In this document: one piece after another, positions 29,811 to 39,354 of the stretch | How the letters are laid out: each line of letters begins with the position of its first letter | Position numbering within the stretch: position 1 is the stretch's first letter | NCBI GenBank assembly: GCA_963741955.1 | Contig: CAVUKB010000005.1 | Coordinates: forward strand, 288,001-352,000 | DNA length: 64,000 bases | Origin: an uncultured Acidobacteriota bacterium | Lineage (GTDB): Bacteria > Acidobacteriota > Thermoanaerobaculia > Gp7-AA8 | Reading direction: 5' to 3' | Translations under genes and position numbers: made by a program | The notes under the pieces: generated by a model | Databases searched by the model: none | Seen by the model: the letters and a program-made list of their open reading frames with translations, nothing else | What the model was told of the DNA's origin: nothing

Positions 29811-30203
29811 CTACGCCCCTTCACCGGCTTCGCCGTGCTCGTGCGTCTCGCCCTTTTCATGAGCTTCGCCGCGCTTCTGCTCCTTCTCTTGACGCGACTC
29901 GACGGCCTCATGAGCCGCGCTCTCCTTCTGTATGTCGATGATGGCGCCGGTATTCGCGTTCACCAGTATTTCGGTGATGTTCTTCTCGTTCTTCGCGATG
30001 TCGAAGGACCAGACCAGTGCTCCCTTCTCGTTCTCGAGCTCGGCGCTGGTGACCTTCCCGCCGTTTACTCGCTGTAGCGCGATCTTCTGCGCCTGCTGTC
30101 GGGTCAGCTTCGGATGCGGGCTCTTCTGTCCGGCCCAGGCGACGACTCCGGTGGCAAGAAGTACGAACGCGAATGCGATAGCGGCGATATTTTTCATTTT
30201 CAT
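29811..30203 (-). other. PepSY-domain secreted protein with His/Glu-rich tail
   Basis: LTRQQAQKIAL...ELENEKGALVWSFDI...VNANTGAII; tail AHEKGETHEHGE. Confidence 0.85.
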
Positions 30204-30263
30204 GTCTCCTCCATGTGATGGGCGGAATCTCCGCCACGATGGAGCGAGTATGAGCGTGGAACG

Positions 30264-30312
30264 ATGAAAGGATCGTGAATCCGCGCTCTGACGTGATTCA
30301 TCTGATCTTCAT
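30264..30312. promoter_or_regulatory. Two oppositely oriented TTCA direct-repeat pairs (11-bp phase), OmpR-type operator candidates
   Basis: ATGAA-n6-GTGAA (30264-30279) and TTCAT-n6-TTCAT (30297-30312) between divergent genes. Confidence 0.55.
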
Positions 30313-30364
30313 GTTCGGGACGATAGATTCGGAACCGCCGTGGCATTCCGCGGGAGCGAAATCA

Positions 30365-30969
30365 ATGCGAATTCTCGTCGTGGAAGACAACCGAGGAGTC
30401 GCTCCCCCCGCAGAGGCCCGTACGATCTACTGGTTCTGGACGTGGGGCTTCCGGACATCACCGGGTTCGAAATCTGTCAGCGGTTGCGGACCGAGGGATC
30501 CAGGGTGCTCGTGCTCATGCTCACGGCCCGTGACGCTGTCGCCGATCGGGTGATCGGTCTCAATGCCGGCGCGGACGACTACCTGACCAAGCCGTTCGCG
30601 TTCGACGAGTTGCTGGCGCGTGTGCGGGCACTTCTCCGGCGCGGGACGGTCACCGTTCCTCCCATGATCGAGGCCGGCGATCTGCTGCTCGACACTGCGA
30701 AACGAGAGGCTTCGCGCCACGGCCGGGTGATTGAGCTGACCGCGAAGGAGTACGCGCTGCTCGAGTATCTGGTGCGTAACCAGGCCCGCGTCATCGGACG
30801 GGAAGAGATCTCGGAGCACGTCTGGAACGAGAGCTTCGACCCGGTGTCGAATCTGATCGAAGTCTACGTCGCACGATTGCGGAAGAAGCTCGGTCCTCCC
30901 GCTTTGATCCAGACCCGGCGGGGAGCGGGGTACATCTTCGCGAATTCTTCCGAAAAGAGTTCGTCGTGA
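30365..30969 (+). pseudogene. OmpR-family response regulator with internal deletion and frameshift
   Basis: MRILVVEDN (from ATG 30365) is out of frame with YDLLVLDVGLP...TRRGAGY; about 20 receiver residues are missing relative to the intact paralog at 41002. Confidence 0.8.
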
Positions 30970-32381
30970 CACTTCGCCACAGCGTCTCGATGAGGTTGAC
31001 CGCGTGGTACGTGAGCATCACCACTCTCTTCGCAGTGCTCTTCGCGGCCGGAATCTACCTGGTCGTCGCGAGCGCGTTGACCCAGCGGACCGACTCCGGG
31101 CTGGTCGAGAGTGCGCACAGGTTTCATCGGTTGCTCATGCAGGAGCACGAGCCGGAGGAATCGTCGGCGGCGCAACTCGACCGTCTGATCGCGACCGAGC
31201 TCCCCGAAATCGATCTCGAAGACGCTCAGGCAGTGCTGAAGCCGGACGGCCGCGTCGTCGCGGAGGCGGCGGATCGTTCGAACCGGTGGATGCTTCCCTA
31301 CCTCGTCGAGGGTACCGGGAGCATCGATGGGAATGCGGATGCGTTCCGCACCGCTGGCCACGGGGAGACGTGGGCGCGCATTCACGCCGATCCGTTCACG
31401 ATCGGCACGCAGGGGTACGTACTCGTGCTCGCACGCTCGATCGAAGATCAGAACGAGCTGCTGCGTGCTCTCCGCACCGGCCTCTGGGTCGGGATTCCGC
31501 TGTGGATCCTCGGCACGGCGGCACTCGGATACTGGCTTCTCCGACGGACCCTCGCGCCGATCGGGAAGATGAGTCGTGAGGTCGCGTCGATCGGGGCGAA
31601 GGATCTCGACCGCCGCCTCCGACTGTTGGACAGCCGCGACGAGTTCGGACAGCTCGGAACGACCTTCAACGCGCTGCTCGATCGCCTCCAGAGCGGGATC
31701 GAGCAGCAGCGGCGATTCATGGCCGATGCTTCACACGAGATGCGCACTCCGGTCGCGGTGGTGCGCGGAGAAGCTGACGTGGCACTCGCCACCGCAGAGT
31801 CGGATCCTCGAAGACTTCAGGATGTCCTGGGAGTGATCGCACGCGAGGCGAACACGCTTTCGAGTGTCGTGGAAGACCTGTTCCTCCTCGCCCGCGCCGA
31901 CGCTGGACAACAGGTCCTCTCGCCTACGAAGTTCTATCTGGACGAGCTGACCGAAAGCGTGGTCCGTTCGCTGCGCTCGCTGGCCGCACAAAAGGGAATC
32001 ACGATCAGGAGCGAAGTCGCACGCGACAGCATGATCGAGGCGGACGAACCACTCGTCCGTCGCATGCTGATGAACATCCTGCAGAACGCGGTGAAGTACA
32101 GCCGTGCGGGAGGAGCGGTCCACGTCGCGCTCGAGCCGACCGACTCGGTCTATGTGGTCGACGTCACCGACTCGGGGGCGGGGATCGCGAAAGAAGAGCG
32201 CGAACGGATTTTCGAGCGGTTCTATCGAGGGACCCGCTCCGGCGGCGAGAGCGGATCAGGCCTCGGACTCTCCATCGCTCGTTATGTGGCAGAACTGCAT
32301 GCCGGATCCCTCTCGGTCGAGCGCTCCGGACCCGACGGATCGACTTTTCGCCTCACTTTGCCTCGGTCATTCTCGCGGTGA
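30966..32381 (+). CDS. Sensor histidine kinase (heavy-metal sensor type)
   Basis: Two TMs, HAMP, ADASHEMRTP H-box, NAVKY, DSGAGI, GSGLGL. Confidence 0.92.
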   Translation: MTLRHSVSMRLTAWYVSITTLFAVLFAAGIYLVVASALTQRTDSGLVESAHRFHRLLMQEHEPEESSAAQLDRLIATELPEIDLEDAQAVLKPDGRVVAEAADRSNRWMLPYLVEGTGSIDGNADAFRTAGHGETWARIHADPFTIGTQGYVLVLARSIEDQNELLRALRTGLWVGIPLWILGTAALGYWLLRRTLAPIGKMSREVASIGAKDLDRRLRLLDSRDEFGQLGTTFNALLDRLQSGIEQQRRFMADASHEMRTPVAVVRGEADVALATAESDPRRLQDVLGVIAREANTLSSVVEDLFLLARADAGQQVLSPTKFYLDELTESVVRSLRSLAAQKGITIRSEVARDSMIEADEPLVRRMLMNILQNAVKYSRAGGAVHVALEPTDSVYVVDVTDSGAGIAKEERERIFERFYRGTRSGGESGSGLGLSIARYVAELHAGSLSVERSGPDGSTFRLTLPRSFSR

Positions 32382-32423
32382 CCGCTCGAGCTCTCACCCA
32401 CTCTCTAACGCCTCTCCAGGAAG

Positions 32424-32905
32424 TTCGGGGTCAGAGCCCCATTCTGAAAGGAAATTCGGGGTCAGAGCCCCTCTCTGAAACTGAGCCGAAAAGCATATTG
32501 TGCTGCGCAATCAACCTCTTGTAGAACGATATTCTGCGCCATGGCCAGTTTGCCGACGTTTATTCTGGAAGCGAGCCATCGCGGTGGGCGCCGCACTCCG
32601 ACTCGCTACGGCTCCAAGCCGACCGCCGGAGAGCCGGCCGGTCCCTGGGAGTCTGCGCGGTAGGAGCCGTCCTGCTGCGGAGCGCGATCCGCCCTTTCTC
32701 CAGACAGTGGCTCTGACCCCCATTCCCCTCTGCTGACCCCCATTCCCTCTGTACTGTTCCCCGAAGAGTCGCTCTGACCCCCGACCCCTGCCCCGACCCC
32801 TGCCCCGACCCCTGACCCTCTGACCCCGCTTCCGCCGCGAAGAACCAAAGGTGTCGCGCTCTGACCCCCATTCGTGCTGTGACCCCATTCGTGCTGACCC
32901 CATTC
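32424..32905. repeat. Inverted clusters of GGGGTCAGAG and (C)TGACCCC REP-like repeats
   Basis: Two direct copies at 32424-32470 face many inverted copies at 32711-32901. Confidence 0.8.
32645..32695 (+). mobile_element. Degenerate end of the IS1182-associated MITE
   Basis: ctgggagtctgcgcggtaggagccgtcctgctgcg resembles 58307-58341. Confidence 0.5.
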
Positions 32906-33022
32906 GTGCGATCTCGAGGCCGGCGAGTTTGCGCCAGAGGCGCGACCACCTCGAGAGCCACCCCTGGAGGCAACCACTGGAGCCATGACTCCGAGGGTGA
33001 ATCGCAAGAGGATGCCTCCCTG

Positions 33023-33886
33023 TCAGAACGAGCGGTGGAACCCGATCGTCGCCCTCCATCCCCGGAGTCCGTTCTTGACCGCGAAATCGCGGGTGAGCGA
33101 CAACGTCAGCGAATCGCGCAGAGATCCCCGCGGCGCGGCGCTCAACATCACTCCTCCGATGGCGCCGTGCGCGTTCCGGTTCGCGAAGAAGTTTCCTTCC
33201 TGACGCGCCGCCGTCCCGCCGTGGACCCCCGCGACGGCGGAGAGAAACAGCGAGCTCCCGCGCCACGTCGCAATCCGAGGACCGCTCGCCGCGAGCAGAT
33301 CGACCGCGACGTAACGGGGAGCCGTCTCGTGCCGAAAACCGTACTGGAGCCTTCCCATCGCCGCAACACGGAGGTCCGCGGCCGTCATCGGCCGCGTGGA
33401 CCGCAGATCAAGCGATCCGGTCACTGTCCTGATGTCGTCGTTGATGGTGATCGGCTGATCTCCCCCGGTACCCGGTCGGAAGTAATCCAGCCGGAACGAC
33501 GGCGAAAAGCGCCGGAATGTTCGACGCGGATTCCAGTCGAAAAAGACTCCGACACCGGGCACACCCGAGGCCACGTACGAGGCTGTCAGCTCACTCGATT
33601 CGAGGTACGACCGGCGGTATGGCACCGTCACGCCGACCGAAAGATTCTCGAAGAGCCGCCGGGAGAGGCGCATCTCGGCCCGGTCGAAACTGAGGTCGCC
33701 CGGGAACCGGATCGCGTCGTGATTGCGGTCGACGAAGGTGTCCGGACGATAGTTCGAGATCACCGCATCGAAACGCCACGGACCGGCCGGCGACTCGACT
33801 CCGTAACCCCGGAACAGTCCCACCTCCTGCGCGGACATCGAGCCCGCGATCAGAAACACGAACGAGGCGATGAGAATCCGCTTCAT
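33023..33886 (-). CDS. Putative outer-membrane beta-barrel protein
   Basis: Signal peptide, alternating beta-strand pattern, C-terminal Phe; coupled to the upstream phosphatase gene. Confidence 0.6.
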   Translation of the reverse strand: MKRILIASFVFLIAGSMSAQEVGLFRGYGVESPAGPWRFDAVISNYRPDTFVDRNHDAIRFPGDLSFDRAEMRLSRRLFENLSVGVTVPYRRSYLESSELTASYVASGVPGVGVFFDWNPRRTFRRFSPSFRLDYFRPGTGGDQPITINDDIRTVTGSLDLRSTRPMTAADLRVAAMGRLQYGFRHETAPRYVAVDLLAASGPRIATWRGSSLFLSAVAGVHGGTAARQEGNFFANRNAHGAIGGVMLSAAPRGSLRDSLTLSLTRDFAVKNGLRGWRATIGFHRSF

Positions 33887-35040
33887 CCGTGCCTCCTCAC
33901 TCGCCGGCTCCTCGTGCCCGCCTTCGGGGGCGGCCCACTTCCGAGAACCACAGAATCGAAAACGCGGCCATCGGGATCGTGCGCTTCCAGTGTCAGCATC
34001 GTTCGGTCGATCCTCGCCGTCACGTAACAGAACCGCGCATCGACGAACGCGGAGTCATCCTCTGGCTGGAATCGACTCAGCTTCGCGCCTCCCCCTCCGA
34101 CGGTCACGTAGATCACGCCCTTCCCCTTCTTCACGAAGTCGTGGATCGCCGAGGTCCGTTCATAGAGATGCTCGTGACCGGAAAAGACCACGTCCACTCC
34201 GTAGTATTCGAAGATCGGACAGAGAACCAGCCGCACCAGATTGTTCGCCTGGGCCGAGCTGTAAGGCGGCTCGTGCAGCCAGACGAACTTCCAGGTCGCA
34301 TCAGAGGTTCTCAGAACCGAATCGAGCCAGCGGTACTGCGCCGAGCCGTAACCGTAGGACGAGGTCTCGACGTCGAGGCAGATAAAGAGCGCATTCCCCT
34401 GCCGGAGTGCGTAATAGCGAGAATTGCCGGAGTCGTTCTTCGGCAGGACGAAGTCGTCGAGCAGAGCCGCTCCCTTCGCCGTCTTAGCGTCGTGGTTCCC
34501 GATCGCGGGCAGAACCGGCACTCCTTCGATCAACGACTCGAACGGACGAAAGAACTTCGCGTCGTAGTCCGCCTCCGCTCCCGCCGGGTAGACCACGTCG
34601 CCGGTGTGGAGAACGAAGTCGACGTTCTCAGTGGCCATCGCCTTCGCCAGCGTTCCCGCCGCGTCGCCGTCGGTATCTCCGATCACCCCGAACGAGAACG
34701 TGGTTTCGTCGCCGGACCTCGGCGCGACGAACGTCCCCTGCGCCAGCACCGCGCCTCCGTCGCCGACCGTGTATCCGTAGCGCGCGCCGCTCTCGAGATG
34801 ATCGAGGGCGATGCGGTGCTCGGTCGCGGACGACACATCGTCCACCGTCGTCCACGTTTCACCGGCGATTCCGTAGCTCAGAACGCCGTTCGTCGCCACA
34901 TCCGTGCGCCAGACGACGGCGACGCTCCGGTCATCAGGCCGCCCAAGGTATGGTCCTCGGGTGAGGCTGGTCGCGGACGCCACCGGGGCGATCATCAGGA
35001 TCGCGCTCCAGGCGAGAATCGAGGTCAGTGCTCTTCTCAT
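33883..35040 (-). CDS. Secreted metallophosphoesterase, purple acid phosphatase-like with N-terminal FN3-like domain
   Basis: GD, GDVVY, GNHD, HEPPY and GHEH motifs. Confidence 0.88.
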   Translation of the reverse strand: MRRALTSILAWSAILMIAPVASATSLTRGPYLGRPDDRSVAVVWRTDVATNGVLSYGIAGETWTTVDDVSSATEHRIALDHLESGARYGYTVGDGGAVLAQGTFVAPRSGDETTFSFGVIGDTDGDAAGTLAKAMATENVDFVLHTGDVVYPAGAEADYDAKFFRPFESLIEGVPVLPAIGNHDAKTAKGAALLDDFVLPKNDSGNSRYYALRQGNALFICLDVETSSYGYGSAQYRWLDSVLRTSDATWKFVWLHEPPYSSAQANNLVRLVLCPIFEYYGVDVVFSGHEHLYERTSAIHDFVKKGKGVIYVTVGGGGAKLSRFQPEDDSAFVDARFCYVTARIDRTMLTLEAHDPDGRVFDSVVLGSGPPPKAGTRSRRVRRHG

Positions 35041-38000
35041 TACGTCTCCTCACTCTCCTCCAGTCTCTCCGACCGACCGCGCCGCGGCGCTCGGCCGAGT
35101 TGCCCTCGGGGATCCATCCAGGCATACAGCGCGGGGAGCAGAAAAAGAACGATCGGTCCCGAAAGAATGAACCCGCCGATCACCGCGATCGCCAGCGGCT
35201 GCTGGAGCTGTGATCCCGACCCGAGCCCGAGAGCGAGCGGCGCCAGAGCGAACGACGTCGCGAGAATCGTCATCGCCACCGGCCTCTCGCGCACCCGGGA
35301 GGCGTGGCGCCATGCCCCGCGCACACCTTCACCTCTCTCCAGCATCAGCCTCGCCTCGTGGATCACGAAGACGGAGTTCTCGCCGACGATCCCGACCATC
35401 ATGATCATCCCCACGAAGCTCGAGACGTTCAGGGTCACCCCGGTCACCCAGAGCGCGGCGAAGACGCCGAACAGCGAACTGAGGGCGAGGATCGCTGTCA
35501 GCACGGGGGCCCGCCAGTCTCCGAACTCGAAGAGAAGAACCACGCCGACGAGGAGCAGCCCCGCGAAGAGGATCAGGATGAACTGACGGAACGAGCTCTG
35601 TTGCTGCTCGTACAGGCCGCCGTACTGAATCGACATCGCAGACGGGAGATGGAGGTCCGTATCGAGCTTCGAACGGATCGAATCCATCGCCGCGCCGAGA
35701 CTGATCCCGCTCAGTCGCGCCGTGACACCGAGATAGGTCCGAAGATTCTGCCGGTCGATCTCCGCTTCCGGCTCTCCGCTCGAGATCGTCGCCACCGATC
35801 CGAGCGGCACGATCGGACCCGCAGGCGTGCGGATCTGGACCTCGGAGAGCGGTCTGGTCGTCGGATTCAGGACGCGCAGATCGTACACTCGTTCTCCCAC
35901 CCTCACCTGCGAGGCGACCGTCCCGTGGATCACCGAATCGACCGCGTTCTGCAGGGCTTCCGTCGTCAGCCCGAGGCGCGCCGGATTGACCCGCATCGGC
36001 GCGGGAGGTACTCCACCCGCACTGATCCCTCCCACTGAACCACCACCTCCTCCCGGTGAGCGCAAGCGCATGGTGAGAAGCGGCCCGGAGATCACGATAC
36101 CGTCGAAGACGTCCTCCACCCCGTCGACCTTCGAGATCAGCTCCGCCGTCTGCTTCGCTTTCTGCTGAAGAAGATCCTGATCCTCCCCGAAGATCCGGAT
36201 GTCGATCGGTTGCGGTTCACCTCCGGTGAGATCGCCGATGTTGTCTTCCAACAGCTGACCGAAATCGGTGTGAAGAGCAGGCTCGGCGACGCCGATCCGG
36301 CTGCGGAGGTCGTCGATCACGTCATCGACTCCGCGTCGGGTTCCCATCGGTTTCAGCTTGATCACGTAGTCGCCGCTGTTGGGTTCGGTAATGAAGAACC
36401 CGAGCTGGGTTCCGGTCCGGCGGGAGTAGTTCTGCACGTCAGGGAGCGACATGATGATCTGCTCGACATGCATCAGCATTCCGTTCGTCTCTTCGAGTGA
36501 AGTGCCCGGCGGAGTCCAGTAATCGAGGATGATCGAGCCTTCGTCCATGGAAGGGAGAAAGTCCGAATCGAGCGAACCGTAGAAATAGTACGCGGTGCCA
36601 ATGAACGCCATGACGACGAGCAATGCGATCCAGGCGAATCGGAGGAAGAAGTGAGTGGCTGCTCCCACCCCTCGGGAGATGACCTCTCCCACCCTTCCGG
36701 TCAGCCGCCTCAGCGGGCCGAACCACCTTTCGAACCTCCGCTCTCTCCGCTCTCTGAAACAAACGATCCCCGGGATCGCGAACGCCGCGATGAGGAACGA
36801 GATCACCAGAGCGACGGCCATGGTGAGCGCGAGCGGCTTGAAGAAGGCACCGGCGACGCCGGTCATCAGCGAGAACGGGAGGAAGATCAGAATGGTCGAC
36901 AGACTCGAACCGATCAGGGCCGGCCGCATCTCCCGCACTCCTTCTTCCTGTGGATGATCCGAACCTTCGTCGTGTTTACGAGCGATGTTCTCCACCACCA
37001 CGATCGCATCGTCGGCAATGAGCCCGATCGCCGCAGCGATCCCTCCCAGCGTCATCAGATTGATCGTCTGGCCGAACACGACCCATCCGAGAGCCACGAT
37101 GGCAACGGTGAGCGGAATGGCGAGGACTCCAATCAGAGTGAGCCGCCAGTTGCGGAGGAAGACGAAGAGGACCAGTGCGGCGAGACCGACACCGATCAGA
37201 ATCGCGTCTCTGACCCCGCTCACCGAGTCGGAGACGAAGCGGGCCTGGTCGTAGAAGGTGGTCCACTTCACGCCGGGAGGGAGAAGATGCGGCTTGTCTT
37301 TGAAAAGCTGCGAGACTCGGTCCGCGATGGCCAGAGTGCTGGCCGACGGCTGGCGGATCAGATTCACGAGAACCGCCGGCTTCCCGTCCGCGGTGGTGCG
37401 GATGTACGAGACCGCATCGGCCGACCGCACATTGGCAATGTCCCCGACCCGAGTTGGAGGCGCATTGTCTCCGACCGGCACGGGGATCTCCTCGATCTCC
37501 CGTAGCGTATGGACGCTCCCATCCGCCAGGGTCAGATATAGCTCGTGATTTGCCTCGAGGAGCCCTGCCGATTCGACCATGTTGTTGTTTCGGACTGCGT
37601 CGACGACGTCGGAGGCGGTCAGCCCGCGTCCAGTGAGCTCCTCGTCATTCAGAACGATCTGGAACTCGCGCTCACGACCTCCCTGAATCTGCACCTGCGA
37701 GACTCCGTTGATCCGGATCAACTCGGGCTTGAGCGTGTATTCGGCGAGTTGGCGGAGGTCGGCCTGACTGTGGCTATCGGATGTGAGGGCGTACCCGAGA
37801 ATCGGGAAGATCGCGGTGTTCATCCGTTCGATGTCGACGTGAGCATCAGACGGAAGATCGGGGCGGATACGCTGCACTTCGGCTTCGACCCGCTGCATCG
37901 CGAGCTGGATGTCGGTTCCCCACGAGAACTGGCCGGACAACTCGGTCGAACCGCGGGAGGTGGTCGAGACGACTTTCTGAATTCCGGGCACTCGGAGAAT

Positions 38001-38195
38001 CGCCTCTTCGAGAGGCCGGGTCACAGTGGGGATCATCGTCGCCGCCGGCTGTTCGCCGACATCCGCGATCACCTTCACCAGGGGAAAGGTCACATCGGGA
38101 AAGATCGAAGAAGGGAGTCGCGTCCCGAGCAGCGCACCCGCCGCTGCGGCCAGGACCAGCAGAACGATGATCGCCGTCGTGCGATTCGTCGTCAT
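35040..38195 (-). CDS. RND efflux permease (CzcA/AcrB superfamily)
   Basis: 1051 aa; TRPLEEA, INLMTLGG, GLIADDAIVVVENI, FLPSMDEG, RERPVAMT, QPLAIAVIGG. Confidence 0.93.
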   Translation of the reverse strand: MTTNRTTAIIVLLVLAAAAGALLGTRLPSSIFPDVTFPLVKVIADVGEQPAATMIPTVTRPLEEAILRVPGIQKVVSTTSRGSTELSGQFSWGTDIQLAMQRVEAEVQRIRPDLPSDAHVDIERMNTAIFPILGYALTSDSHSQADLRQLAEYTLKPELIRINGVSQVQIQGGREREFQIVLNDEELTGRGLTASDVVDAVRNNNMVESAGLLEANHELYLTLADGSVHTLREIEEIPVPVGDNAPPTRVGDIANVRSADAVSYIRTTADGKPAVLVNLIRQPSASTLAIADRVSQLFKDKPHLLPPGVKWTTFYDQARFVSDSVSGVRDAILIGVGLAALVLFVFLRNWRLTLIGVLAIPLTVAIVALGWVVFGQTINLMTLGGIAAAIGLIADDAIVVVENIARKHDEGSDHPQEEGVREMRPALIGSSLSTILIFLPFSLMTGVAGAFFKPLALTMAVALVISFLIAAFAIPGIVCFRERRERRFERWFGPLRRLTGRVGEVISRGVGAATHFFLRFAWIALLVVMAFIGTAYYFYGSLDSDFLPSMDEGSIILDYWTPPGTSLEETNGMLMHVEQIIMSLPDVQNYSRRTGTQLGFFITEPNSGDYVIKLKPMGTRRGVDDVIDDLRSRIGVAEPALHTDFGQLLEDNIGDLTGGEPQPIDIRIFGEDQDLLQQKAKQTAELISKVDGVEDVFDGIVISGPLLTMRLRSPGGGGGSVGGISAGGVPPAPMRVNPARLGLTTEALQNAVDSVIHGTVASQVRVGERVYDLRVLNPTTRPLSEVQIRTPAGPIVPLGSVATISSGEPEAEIDRQNLRTYLGVTARLSGISLGAAMDSIRSKLDTDLHLPSAMSIQYGGLYEQQQSSFRQFILILFAGLLLVGVVLLFEFGDWRAPVLTAILALSSLFGVFAALWVTGVTLNVSSFVGMIMMVGIVGENSVFVIHEARLMLERGEGVRGAWRHASRVRERPVAMTILATSFALAPLALGLGSGSQLQQPLAIAVIGGFILSGPIVLFLLPALYAWMDPRGQLGRAPRRGRSERLEESEET

Positions 38196-38376
38196 GCGCT
38201 ATCCACCGCCTCACCCACTCTCTCCGGTTGTCGATCCTTCCGGACGCCACTCGTGTCGTGCGGCGGCACCGATTCCAACCGCGGGATCGACGACCCCTGA
38301 GTCGGATCGGAACCGAGCGCACCAACGGATGAACGCCATCGTCGAGGGATCATCCCGGTCCTGATGCCGCTCCTTC

Positions 38377-39354
38377 TCAATGCACCACCTCGACCGGCGT
38401 CCCCTCCGTGAGGCCGACCTGTCCGGAGGTGATCACCTCCGTCCCTGCGGCGAGAGGGGGGCTGACGATCTCCACCAAGCCCTGGTACGAGAGTCCGGTC
38501 CGGACGTCCTTCCACTGCAGCTTCGCGTCCGCGGTCACCACTGCCACCCGCGTAGTCCCGTTCACGTCGTTTCGGAGAATCGCCTCCTCCGGAACGACCG
38601 GAACGTTCCGATGCTCCGCGACGACGACGTCTGCAGTTCCGACGAGACCGATGGTCACTCCGCGGGTTCCCTCGAGGAAACGGATCCGCACCGGGGTGGT
38701 GAGATTCGACGAGTTTCCAGGGAGAAAGCTTTCCACTTTTCCGGCGATTCCTCCGCCGGTTCCGCTCAGCTCGACCGAAGCCATGTCCCCCGGGTGGATC
38801 TTCGCGGCCTGCGACTGACTCACGTCGGCAACGAACGCGAGGCTGTCGATCGCAGCGATGGTGAGCAATTGCTCGTCTTCACTCACCCGGTCGCCGCTCA
38901 CCGCCGAGTGGGACGTGACAATTCCGGAGACGGACGCGCGAAGGTCGTTCTCGATCACGTTGTTTCTCGCCAGCGCGACGGCTCGATCGGCTTCCCGGCG
39001 TTGCGCCGGAGTATTCGCGCGCCGGAGCATCTCTTCAGCGCCGTTCAGTTCGGCCATGCTGTCACGGGCGACGACCCGTGCGACGACCTGACCCCGTCGA
39101 ACCCGGTCGCCGTCTGTGACGAGGATGGCAGTCGCGGTTCCGGAAAACGGTGAGCGGATTCTCTCCTCGCGCGTGGCCGACGTCGAGCCCGGAGCAGTGA
39201 CGATGTCCGGGAGGTTGCGGATCTCCACACGTGCGACCCGGACCGGCGTCGCAGTCGGCGCCGGAGGTTCCGACGCGGCGGGGGACGATCCCCCTCCACC
39301 ACTACACGCGGCGATCAGCAGCGCTGCGATCGGGAGCGTTGTCTTCATATTCAT
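38377..39354 (-). CDS. RND periplasmic adaptor (membrane fusion lipoprotein)
   Basis: IAAC lipobox, GDRVRRGQ biotinyl-like domain, VPEEAI, VRTGL. Confidence 0.88.
   Translation of the reverse strand: MNMKTTLPIAALLIAACSGGGGSSPAASEPPAPTATPVRVARVEIRNLPDIVTAPGSTSATREERIRSPFSGTATAILVTDGDRVRRGQVVARVVARDSMAELNGAEEMLRRANTPAQRREADRAVALARNNVIENDLRASVSGIVTSHSAVSGDRVSEDEQLLTIAAIDSLAFVADVSQSQAAKIHPGDMASVELSGTGGGIAGKVESFLPGNSSNLTTPVRIRFLEGTRGVTIGLVGTADVVVAEHRNVPVVPEEAILRNDVNGTTRVAVVTADAKLQWKDVRTGLSYQGLVEIVSPPLAAGTEVITSGQVGLTEGTPVEVVH

Noticed and set aside
33883-33930. Basic C-terminal tail (RSRRVRRHG) of the phosphatase as a sorting signal
   Set aside because: Single instance in the window, overlapping the next gene's SD; cannot be supported without homologs.
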